Assembly (NCBI GenBank): GCA_031414595.1
Contig: JANNVX010000073.1
Location: 1-34,107, forward strand
Length of the DNA: 34,107 nt
Reading direction: 5' to 3'
Origin: Deinococcales bacterium
GTDB taxonomy: Bacteria > Deinococcota > Deinococci > Deinococcales > JAAFIG01
The notes beneath the pieces are model-generated. The model saw only the letters and a list, made by a program, of their open reading frames with translations. It had not been told where the DNA came from and ran no database searches. Positions 7,512 through 15,701 of this stretch are shown one piece after another (within the stretch, counting starts at the first letter, position 1; the number at the start of each line of letters is the position of its first letter). Position numbers and translations under genes: made by a program.

Positions 7512-9236
7512 TTACTGGTTGCCAATACCAAAAATGTTCTCTGGGTCAAGGTGTTCTTTTGCGCCTTGTATCCAGTCTAGTCCAGCTTTACTTTTAACAT
7601 CCTTCACAAAACCAGCCCGTAATTTGCCAATCCCATGATGATGCGAAATACTCCCGCCATGCTCGAGGATCGTTTCACGGGCAGTATGCTCAAGCATCGC
7701 AAATTGTTCGGCGGGGTTTTTAACACCAGTTGCAAGGGTCGCAAGGTAAAAATAAACGGCTGCGCCAGTGTGGTAAAGCTGGGTCACACGCCATGAAATC
7801 ATTGGGTAGCCGGGTAAACCTAGGCGTTTATGTTCGGCGAGGACTCGAGTTTTGACGGCTTCGCACATCTTGGGTAAGTCTGTCCATGAAACACTGGTTT
7901 CAAAGGATTCTGCCATCACCCCAAAGCGCATAAAAAAATCGCGGATATAGGCTATAGCGAAGGTCAGTTGATACCCGCGTTTGCCGTTTTCACTGCCTGC
8001 TCTGAATCCTCGGAATTGACGCGCCAACTGTCCGACTCGAGCCGACTGCAACGCAGTTTCTTGCTTAGAACCTTCGTAAAGTAATGTACAAGCACACATC
8101 GAATTCGGGTCAAAACCAAGTGGTCCTGTCACCAATGCTCGCTCGAGTTTAGATTTGGTGGCTTTCCAACCCAAGGTTTCTGGTTTTAAGGCTTGTCCAA
8201 ACTGAAATTGCAAATTGTCCATCAGTCTAGCGCTGGCTGGGTATGGTGGGAATTTTGCCAGTTCACGCATGAATTCGTAGCCATCGGCAAAGTTCTTAAA
8301 AAGCACCGAATCAAATTGATGGACTTCGGGCAGGGCAAAAATTTTCACAAAGGCACTGGTGATAATCCCGAAGTTGCCCTCTGAACCAAATGCCAAGGTG
8401 CGTGGGTCTGTCCCCATGCTTTCACGCGGCATGGCACGCCCTTCGATTAAACCTTGGGCTGTGACCATGCGAATATCCAGCACAATATCTTCTATATTTC
8501 CATAGCGATTTTTTTTCATCCCACTCGAGCGCGTGGCAATCCAACCACCAAGGGTAGAAAATTCGTTGCTGTCTGGCTCATGCCCTATCGTAAACCCATG
8601 CTTCTCGAGTTCGGCTTGCAGGTCAGAACCCACAATTCCCGCTTCGACATGGGCAACACGGTTTTCCTTATCTATGCTAATAATTTTATTCATTCGGCGC
8701 ATATCTACCGAAGCAATTGGGCGCGGGTCATTGGGTGGGCAAGCCAGTGCATGACTGACATTCGAGCCACCACCAAACGGCACAAGCAGCACATGATGTT
8801 CTTTTGCCAGTTGCACCAGTGTTTGCACTTGGGTTTCTGCAATCGGATACAAAATAATATCTGGTACTCGAGTCAAACGCCCATGACGAATTGCATGAAC
8901 CTCCTCGAGCGAATGCCCATGCCCATGTCTGCGCCGTGCATTGTCTTCTTGGCTATAACCAATATTGCCAAGGGCGGCTATGAAAGCGGGTAATTCTCGA
9001 GCGGCAGAAATGGCGCTTAAGTCATGAACCTCGAATTCGGGCTGCAAAACCAAAGTGGTTTTCAGAATCCCATTCGCCCAAGTCAGCAAGTTTGGCAAGC
9101 GCTTACCTGACATTTCATAACGCGCCCCAATCAGTTTAACCCCGTCATTCTCGAGGTCAAGTCCAGAATCGGTGTACCCCCAACCATCAAAGCGCTCACC
9201 ACGAGGTACGGACGGATCAACGGCAAATTTCGTCAT
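7512..9236 (-). CDS. Alkyl-dihydroxyacetonephosphate synthase (AGPS/ADAS)-like FAD oxidase
   Basis: GWGY, HGH, PFGGG, 'GHEPDSNEFSTLGGWIATRSSGMKKNRYGNIED', GSEGNFGII, ESFETSV and terminal SHHHGIGK. Start placed at ATG 9236, with TATACT 7 nt upstream (leaderless). Confidence 0.85.
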   Translation of the reverse strand: MTKFAVDPSVPRGERFDGWGYTDSGLDLENDGVKLIGARYEMSGKRLPNLLTWANGILKTTLVLQPEFEVHDLSAISAARELPAFIAALGNIGYSQEDNARRRHGHGHSLEEVHAIRHGRLTRVPDIILYPIAETQVQTLVQLAKEHHVLLVPFGGGSNVSHALACPPNDPRPIASVDMRRMNKIISIDKENRVAHVEAGIVGSDLQAELEKHGFTIGHEPDSNEFSTLGGWIATRSSGMKKNRYGNIEDIVLDIRMVTAQGLIEGRAMPRESMGTDPRTLAFGSEGNFGIITSAFVKIFALPEVHQFDSVLFKNFADGYEFMRELAKFPPYPASARLMDNLQFQFGQALKPETLGWKATKSKLERALVTGPLGFDPNSMCACTLLYEGSKQETALQSARVGQLARQFRGFRAGSENGKRGYQLTFAIAYIRDFFMRFGVMAESFETSVSWTDLPKMCEAVKTRVLAEHKRLGLPGYPMISWRVTQLYHTGAAVYFYLATLATGVKNPAEQFAMLEHTARETILEHGGSISHHHGIGKLRAGFVKDVKSKAGLDWIQGAKEHLDPENIFGIGNQ

Positions 9237-9412
9237 GGGCAACAGTATACGCCTCTGGGTCAGGGCATCCAAGCAATAAATGAACGCAACGAATACCACG
9301 GCATAATCGTAGACCGCGCCCAGAGTATTCTCGAGAACATAAAAAGCATGAATGGGCGGGTAGCTCAAATAAAGGCTGTGGCTCGAGCTATAGAAGTAAG
9401 GCTCATCAGTCG

Positions 9413-9441
9413 TTGCTAAGGCAACCAGTTTGCGCTATAAT
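9413..9441 (+). promoter_or_regulatory. Sigma70-type promoter
   Basis: TTGCTA (9413-9418), 17 nt, TATAAT (9436-9441). Confidence 0.75.
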
Positions 9442-9444
9442 TAA

Positions 9445-9590
9445 CCAGTCGAGGTTGAACCCGCAATTGCGAAAGCAGACCACTTCAATGTCCGCCCTTC
9501 ACCCTTAAAAGGTGGTTAGGTTTCTAGCTGGGACTGGAATACACAAGAGACTGGGAGTAGTACAAAAAACCACTGTTACGGTGGTTTTTT
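9445..9590 (+). ncRNA. Putative structured small RNA, family not recognised
   Basis: Lies between a near-consensus promoter and an intrinsic terminator and has no ORF beyond a 6-codon one. Several nested helices are visible, including a GAAA tetraloop hairpin. Confidence 0.6.
9564..9590. terminator. Bidirectional intrinsic terminator
   Basis: AAAAAACCACTG-TTA-CGGTGGTTTTTT. Confidence 0.85.
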
Positions 9591-9641
9591 GTTAATACTG
9601 ACAGTGTTCACAGTCTTTCTCTAGTCAATTCACAAACCAAT

Positions 9642-9665
9642 AAAAAAACGCCCAGTATCTGGGCG
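9642..9665 (-). terminator. Intrinsic terminator (minus strand)
   Basis: Minus strand CGCCCAG-ATA-CTGGGCG followed by T7. Confidence 0.7.
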
Positions 9666-9677
9666 CTGCTTATTTCC

Positions 9678-9706
9678 AATATAACTTGTTATGCAGCGCG
9701 TGTCAA
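9678..9706 (-). promoter_or_regulatory. Sigma70-type promoter (minus strand)
   Basis: TTGACA (9706-9701), 17 nt, TATATT (9683-9678). Confidence 0.65.
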
Positions 9707-9891
9707 ATCTATGCACTTTAAGCTGTTCAGGACATGATTTTTGACTCAAATAAGTGGATTTTGCTGGTTGTTTTTGGAACATATTGGTTTACATCAGCCA
9801 TTCTTTAAGCAGGTAGCAAAGGCTATGGCTCGAGCAAAGAAGATGAGCAAAGCACATCCTGCGCGACTAAAAAAATTACACATCAAAAAAA

Positions 9892-11421
9892 TCATGAACC
9901 TATTTCATTGGTTATGGATTCATATTGAATTATTTCTTGTCCACCAGTCAACTTAAGCTCAAGATTCCCGTTACTTTTTTCAAAAGCTGAGCTTAAACTT
10001 TCGGCTTCTATTTGAATCCCATTGCACGAAAAGTCAACATGGGCATTTCTAAGTGTAATAATTTGCTTTAAGATTGGCTCTTCATTTGAAATTAAAACTG
10101 CCGAAAAAGTAATTTCAGGGATTATATTATTTGTGATAATGTGATTTTGAGAGCCTTCAAACAGCTTATCAATAACCACTGAAAGCTCCCCCTTAAATGG
10201 TGTTTCTGGTATATCAAAGGCACGAATCACTCTTTTATAGAGTTTGTGCATTTCTTGCAAGTAAACCGAGTCACCACTTGGGAACAATAGTTTATTTTCA
10301 ATAATTCGATTTTTAAGCAAAAGATTATTGGCTTTAAGAAAATCAACAATGAAGGAAAGCCAGCTAGATAATTGGGAACGTTTTTCAAGGTCTATTCCAC
10401 TCATTTCAAGAATACTTTTGTTGCTGGAAGGAAAACAGACATTTAACTCACACGTCTTAAGAAAAGCGGCAAGTAATTCAAGAACTGGAATATCATTAAA
10501 AACGAAAAATTCAACATTGTCTGACATTTGAAAATTTAAGTTACCAGTATGTTTAGTAGATAATCTACTTTGTGTTCCAATGAAGTTCAGACTTATATTA
10601 GGCTGCCTATAAATAACTTTAAGGCTAATATCACCAGTCAGAATGTCTGTTTCAAATAATGCAGGAATCTGCCACTGCAAATCTTTAATCTTAAATATAA
10701 AGTTTTCTTGGACTCGTTGCACAACTGGAATAATTTGAAGATTAGCTTTGCTAATAACGTCTATCTTAGCAATTTCATCAAGATGTTTAGGTATTGCTTT
10801 TGCACGAATATTTTGCCCATCTACACTTATTGTTCCAGATTGCCCCAGCCTTAACAAATTGCTAACTTCTAAAAGATGTTTTTGCCCTTTTGGTGTAAGT
10901 GCCTTAAAATTTAATTCTCCACCTGACCCAAGTTCAAAGCTATTTTCGCCTTCAAAACGCAAAATATATTGAGGTGTAGATGATTGACGGGAAGGTTTTT
11001 TCTGTGAAAGTCGCTGGTTTTCAAGAATACGATGATGTACAGCATCGGGTTTTTCATTTTCCAACATACTAACCAGAACATCAACGAATCGTTCTTTTTC
11101 TCTAGGTGATAAATCGAACCTTAAATGAATATGACGTAACACCATCCAAATATCCGTTTGAGTTTTTGCTATACGCAACCGACCTTGAATATAAGGCTCA
11201 TCAATGCAGGCAACAATTTCCAATCTTTTTCTTGCATTCAATTTTTCGGTTTTCTCAAGCAATCGTTTAGCACAATCAATAATACGTTGCTGCCTCTGAT
11301 TTTCTGCTCTAACTCTATTACCATCTTTGAATGCCGAAGATGCACCTTGGATAAAACCAGTTGCCTGCATAATACCCATAACAACAGGATTACTTAAAAC
11401 GCTTACCAGAGAATCAAACAC
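9892..11421 (-). CDS. Hypothetical protein, 509 aa, AT-rich, probably horizontally acquired
   Basis: Long ORF with AGGA upstream of a GTG start. No motif recognised, and no CTCGAG site seen in it. Confidence 0.8.
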   Translation of the reverse strand: MFDSLVSVLSNPVVMGIMQATGFIQGASSAFKDGNRVRAENQRQQRIIDCAKRLLEKTEKLNARKRLEIVACIDEPYIQGRLRIAKTQTDIWMVLRHIHLRFDLSPREKERFVDVLVSMLENEKPDAVHHRILENQRLSQKKPSRQSSTPQYILRFEGENSFELGSGGELNFKALTPKGQKHLLEVSNLLRLGQSGTISVDGQNIRAKAIPKHLDEIAKIDVISKANLQIIPVVQRVQENFIFKIKDLQWQIPALFETDILTGDISLKVIYRQPNISLNFIGTQSRLSTKHTGNLNFQMSDNVEFFVFNDIPVLELLAAFLKTCELNVCFPSSNKSILEMSGIDLEKRSQLSSWLSFIVDFLKANNLLLKNRIIENKLLFPSGDSVYLQEMHKLYKRVIRAFDIPETPFKGELSVVIDKLFEGSQNHIITNNIIPEITFSAVLISNEEPILKQIITLRNAHVDFSCNGIQIEAESLSSAFEKSNGNLELKLTGGQEIIQYESITNEIGS

Positions 11422-11723
11422 TACATTAATTCCTGTGGAGCAACAGAATAGTTATTCACACGAGCATTATATCAAAGTCAAAAATCTTTCGCCATCATAA
11501 GTGCCTATGGTTGCTCAGTAGAAGCGTAGGTTGGGCTTTGCCCAAATCCTTTATCTCGAGCTACACTGTTTTCTTGCGACTCTTACACTCAAGCTATATC
11601 TTTTTAACCCTGATTCGTGAACAAGCCCAGCGTTTGCTCGAGCATTTGCCTGATGTAATACTTGAAGTACGCGAGTTGTTGCCTATTACCAAGACGACGT
11701 TATCGTCAAATAGGAGGACAATA

Positions 11724-12011
11724 ATGCAAGAACCAATTACTCAATCCAGTGGGAATGTTTTTACAGACCTTGGTTTTGACCCTGCTGAAGCTGCAATTTT
11801 GCAATTGCGCTCAAAACTCATCAATGATTTACGTGGTTTTATTAACGCCAAGCAATTAACCCAAACCCAAGCGGTTGAACAACTCGGCATTGCACAATCT
11901 TGAGTTTCTGATTTAATGCGTGGTAAGCATGATAAATTTAGCTTAGAAATGCTAATTACGCTCGAGGCTCGACTTGGGCGTGAAATCAGGCTCGAGTTAG
12001 TTGAGGTTTAA
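11724..12011 (+). pseudogene. HigA-like XRE/HTH antitoxin with an internal stop codon
   Basis: MQEPITQSSGNVFTDLGF...LTQTQAVEQLGIAQS*VSDLMRGKHDKFSLEMLITLEARLG. TGA at 11901-11903 falls where Arg (CGA) is expected in 'Q.RVSDL.RGK'. AGGAGG RBS. Confidence 0.8.
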
Positions 12012-12038
12012 CGAATGAATGGTGTTAGCGGATGCGTT

Positions 12039-12638
12039 TTAGAGCGCCTGATGAATCATCGTCTCGAGCGGCGGGATGGTCAGTAAACGCTGGTACGCCT
12101 CTAAGGTACGTGGATGAACCATCCGTCCTTTGCTTTGTAAATAATGCACTTTGCAGGTCAGGGCTTCGTGGTATGCCCGTTCTAAATCCAAAAAAGCCAA
12201 TTCGCGGATATTATCGTTGACCCCTCGTCCGGGTTCAGAAACATCTGCCACATAAACACAAATTGAGAGCAAATTTCCATCTCGCGGTCCGGTCACATGT
12301 TCTTCGACGGCATCCAAAATCACAACATCGGTAATTCCCCACTGCTCGAGAATAGCTCGTCCAGCCCGTCCATGTACTGCCAGTGGATGGTCAGCATCAG
12401 CAGCCGTTTCTGGAGGTGCAAGCCGCAGCAGTTCATGGTGTGGTAAATCCCGTGCGACATCATGCAGCACACCCGCTAAGTATGCCCTGTCAGAATCCAA
12501 ACTGTGAGCCGTGGCAATGTCTCTGGCTAAAGCCGCCACCCGTTCAATATGGGCAAAACGCTCAGGCTTTACCATGTCCCGTACTCGAGAAGCCCAAAAA
12601 GACACAGCAGGTAATTCTTGCAAAAGGACAGCCAACAC
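12039..12638 (-). CDS. yqeK: HD-domain Ap4A hydrolase
   Basis: 'RFAHIERVA', 'AGVLHDVAR', 'HGRAG', 'EEHVTG' and 'YVADVSEPGRG'. Start placed at GTG 12638 after GAAGGAG. Confidence 0.85.
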   Translation of the reverse strand: MLAVLLQELPAVSFWASRVRDMVKPERFAHIERVAALARDIATAHSLDSDRAYLAGVLHDVARDLPHHELLRLAPPETAADADHPLAVHGRAGRAILEQWGITDVVILDAVEEHVTGPRDGNLLSICVYVADVSEPGRGVNDNIRELAFLDLERAYHEALTCKVHYLQSKGRMVHPRTLEAYQRLLTIPPLETMIHQAL

Positions 12639-12865
12639 AATCACTCCTTCCCAATTTCTAAAAGTGATTCTACCGCGTTCACGACCTTTTGTCACGCATT
12701 TGTCAGCCATTTGTGAAATAGCAACACAAGCCCTAAGCATTGGTGAGATACAAGCCCCAGCATTGGTGGACGCGCCCTCGAGAAACACAGGATTTAGGGG
12801 TGTAGGGACAGTAGAAAAGGCGAAAGGCAAATTAAACCCCTTCGCCTTTCGCCCTTTGCCTGCTC

Positions 12866-13621
12866 TTAATCCTCGCCTAAATACTTTTTACGAACCGCTT
12901 CGTTGTTCTTTAAGTCGTTGCCTGTGCCTTGGAGAACAATTTCACCAGTTTGCAGTACATAACCTCGGTGCGAAATACCAAGTGCCATCAGTGCGTTTTG
13001 TTCGACCAACAAAATGGTTTTGCCAGCTTTGTTAAGGGCGACCACACTGTCAAAAATGGTTTCAACAAAAAGCGGGCTTAAACCCATGCTCGGTTCATCG
13101 AGCAAAATCAGTTCTGGGTCTATCATCAGCGCCCTAGCAAAAGCAAGCATTTGTTGTTCGCCACCCGATAATGTGCCACCAAGTTGACTTTGGCGTTCTC
13201 TAAGGCGTGGGAAAATCTCAAAGCCTTGCTGCATTCTTTGGTCAATGATTTTTTTGTCACGTACCGTAAATGCGCCAAGCTCGAGGTTTTCTTTAACACT
13301 TAAACGCGGAAAAATTCTGCGTCCTTCTGGGACATGGGCTAAGCCCATTTTGACAATATCGTGCGGGGCGGTGGTGTTGAGGTTTTGTCCTTTGTATTTG
13401 ACAAAGCCTTGCTTGGGCGGTTTAAGCATAGAAATGGTTCGCAGCGTGGTGGTTTTACCCGCACCGTTGCCACCGATTAGACAAACAATTTCGCCTTTTT
13501 GAACTGTAAAGGATAAGCCTTTCAAGGCGTGAATCTGCCCATAATAGGTGTGGAGGTCTGAAATCTCGAGCATTAGTTCGCCACGAGCTTCGGGCTTCAA
13601 TTCATTTTTGGTGTCGCTCAT
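12866..13621 (-). CDS. livF: Branched-chain amino acid ABC transporter ATP-binding protein
   Basis: GGNGAGKTT, VPEGRRIF, LSGGEQQML, LDEPSMGL. Confidence 0.95.
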   Translation of the reverse strand: MSDTKNELKPEARGELMLEISDLHTYYGQIHALKGLSFTVQKGEIVCLIGGNGAGKTTTLRTISMLKPPKQGFVKYKGQNLNTTAPHDIVKMGLAHVPEGRRIFPRLSVKENLELGAFTVRDKKIIDQRMQQGFEIFPRLRERQSQLGGTLSGGEQQMLAFARALMIDPELILLDEPSMGLSPLFVETIFDSVVALNKAGKTILLVEQNALMALGISHRGYVLQTGEIVLQGTGNDLKNNEAVRKKYLGED

Positions 13622-14424
13622 GCGGCTTCACCTCCTTCGGCAGTTTTGCCGAATTCACCAGCCGCCGCACCACGCCCAAGGTAGGCTTCAATCACTTGCG
13701 GGTTGTTGCGAACTTCATGCGGTAAGCCCTCGGCTATTTTCGTGCCGTAATCCAAGACCGTGACATTATCGGAAATCGTCATCACGACGCGCATATCATG
13801 TTCGATTAAAACCACAGTAATGCCTTGTTCGTCGCGCAAACGCCGAATTAAATGCTTGGTGGCTTCGGTCTCTTGGGGGTTCATACCGGCGGTCGGTTCA
13901 TCTAACAAAATCAGTTTGGGATTGGTTGCCAGCGCACGGGCAATCTCGAGCCGACGCTGTTCACCGTAGGGCAGATTCGCCGCCAGTTCGTCGCGTTTAT
14001 CGAGTAAGCCCACAAACTCGAGCAGTTCCTTAGCACGCAGCAGCCCAGCCCGTTCATCTTGCTTGTAGTTATTGTTGTGCAGAATCGCGTCTAAAAAACT
14101 GGTGGTGGCTCTGGTGTGCCGCCCAACCAGCACATTCTCGAGGGTGGTCATTGCTCCAAACAGCCTAATGTTCTGGAAAGTTCTGGCGATGCCTTTGGCG
14201 GTTACTTCATCTGGGCGTAAACCAATCATGTTCTGGTTATCAAACATAATTTCGCCCGAGGTCGGTTTGTAAATGCCAGTAATCATGTTAAAAAAAGTGG
14301 TTTTGCCCGCGCCATTTGGTCCAATCACCGAAATAATGCTTTTCTCGGGAACTTGAAAAGTCACATCATTGACCGCCGTAAGCCCACCAAAGACTTTACG
14401 GGCTTTATTGACATTAAGAAGCAT
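13618..14424 (-). CDS. livG: Branched-chain amino acid ABC transporter ATP-binding protein
   Basis: GPNGAGKTT, ARTFQNIRLF, LPYGEQRRLEIARALA, VIEAYLG. Confidence 0.95.
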   Translation of the reverse strand: MLLNVNKARKVFGGLTAVNDVTFQVPEKSIISVIGPNGAGKTTFFNMITGIYKPTSGEIMFDNQNMIGLRPDEVTAKGIARTFQNIRLFGAMTTLENVLVGRHTRATTSFLDAILHNNNYKQDERAGLLRAKELLEFVGLLDKRDELAANLPYGEQRRLEIARALATNPKLILLDEPTAGMNPQETEATKHLIRRLRDEQGITVVLIEHDMRVVMTISDNVTVLDYGTKIAEGLPHEVRNNPQVIEAYLGRGAAAGEFGKTAEGGEAA

Positions 14425-15701
14425 TATTTCACCCCTTTGGCGAGTTCGCCATGCTCGAGATTCTCGAGTTTCGCGGGGTTGCGTTTGGCGGGGACTAAGC
14501 CTTTAGGGCGCACAATCATCATCGCAATCAGAATCGCACCGTAAATCAGTTGTTGGTATTGGGTCGGGTCAAAACGCGGTGGGAGTTTCACCAGTTGTAA
14601 AACCCGACTGATCTCCACAAGCACCAATTGATTCAAACTAATCACAATCGCCGCCCCAACAATGACCCCTTGGATGCTACCAAGTCCGCCCAGCACCACC
14701 ATGGCGAGAATTTGGGTGCTGCGTTCAAAGTTAAAGTCGTTTGGCGAAATAAAACCAATCACCGCCGCATACAGTACACCCATTGCGCCAGCAAAACTCG
14801 CACCGGTCGCAAAGGCAATCAGTTTGGTACGCACAAGCGGAATACCCATGGCTTGGGCTGCCACTTCGTCCTCGCGCATTGCCACCCAAGCCCGTCCGAT
14901 TCTCGAGTTATCAAGCCGCGTTACAAAGACCGCCACAGCCGCCACCACAACCAGAATTAAGACGTAATACATGGTTAGCTGCATTTGAAAAAATGGGATT
15001 CCAGTCGCTTCGGATAACGGCACGGTAATAAAAGCCAGTGGACTGTTTTCTGGGTTTGGCGCAATCCGCACCCCCTGCGAACCATTGGTAATGTTGATTG
15101 GCTTATTTAAGTTATTTGCCAGTACCCGAATGACTTCACCTAAACCAAGCGTAATAATTGCCAAGTAATCGCCTTTGACTTTTAAGACAGGTAAACCCAA
15201 GAGCGCTCCAGCCCCAGCCGCTACAAACAACGCCAAGGGAATAAAGACAAAGACCAAATTGCCATTTAATGGAAAAAGATTGCCAGCAATAAACTCATTG
15301 GCTTGTGAACCGGCAAAAATCGCCCAGAGATACGCGCCGACCGCAAAGAACGCCGCATACCCAAGGTCAAGCAGACCCGCAAAACCAACCACCACATTTA
15401 AGCCTAAAGACATGGCTGCAAAAATACAGATGGTAACTGCCACTTGTAAATACAAGGAATTGGTAAAGCCAATCATCGGAATTCCAATTGCTAAGACCAG
15501 CACAAAAACCGCAATTTGGGCAACTCGAGAAACCTTCCAAGAACCCGCAAAATACAGGTTTAAGCAAAAAAACATCACTACAGGAGTCACGAAGTAACTT
15601 TCGATACCGTTCTTTTGTAGCACCATAAAGTACGCCACCAAGCCGCTAATAATGGTAGACGCAAGCAGCAAAGCACTTTTATCGTTAGAAGTTTGGGTCA
15701 T
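14424..15701 (-). CDS. livM: Branched-chain amino acid ABC transporter permease
   Basis: GLNVVVGFAGLLDLGYAAF, GDYLAIITLGLGE, VVLGGLGS. Confidence 0.95.
   Translation of the reverse strand: MTQTSNDKSALLLASTIISGLVAYFMVLQKNGIESYFVTPVVMFFCLNLYFAGSWKVSRVAQIAVFVLVLAIGIPMIGFTNSLYLQVAVTICIFAAMSLGLNVVVGFAGLLDLGYAAFFAVGAYLWAIFAGSQANEFIAGNLFPLNGNLVFVFIPLALFVAAGAGALLGLPVLKVKGDYLAIITLGLGEVIRVLANNLNKPINITNGSQGVRIAPNPENSPLAFITVPLSEATGIPFFQMQLTMYYVLILVVVAAVAVFVTRLDNSRIGRAWVAMREDEVAAQAMGIPLVRTKLIAFATGASFAGAMGVLYAAVIGFISPNDFNFERSTQILAMVVLGGLGSIQGVIVGAAIVISLNQLVLVEISRVLQLVKLPPRFDPTQYQQLIYGAILIAMMIVRPKGLVPAKRNPAKLENLEHGELAKGVK

Noticed and set aside
9237-9419. N-terminal extension of AGPS to 9368, and an open + strand frame (...IVDRAQSILENIKSMNGRVAQIKAVARAIEVRLISRC*)
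   Set aside because: A leaderless start at 9236 fits better. The + frame has no supported start or recognisable homology and is at most a gene relic.
9445-11421. Retron (msr-msd with a1/a2 inverted repeats plus reverse transcriptase)
   Set aside because: The RNA has terminal inverted repeats, but the neighbouring protein lacks YxDD and other RT motifs and is on the opposite strand.
11901-11903. Selenocysteine or programmed readthrough at the internal TGA
   Set aside because: The position corresponds to a conserved Arg, so a CGA to TGA transition explains it, and the partner toxin is also destroyed.
11511-11903. 130-aa ORF from the track as a single gene
   Set aside because: It strings together a REP-like palindrome, gene fragments and the first half of the antitoxin. 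The real start is ATG 11724 with an AGGAGG RBS.
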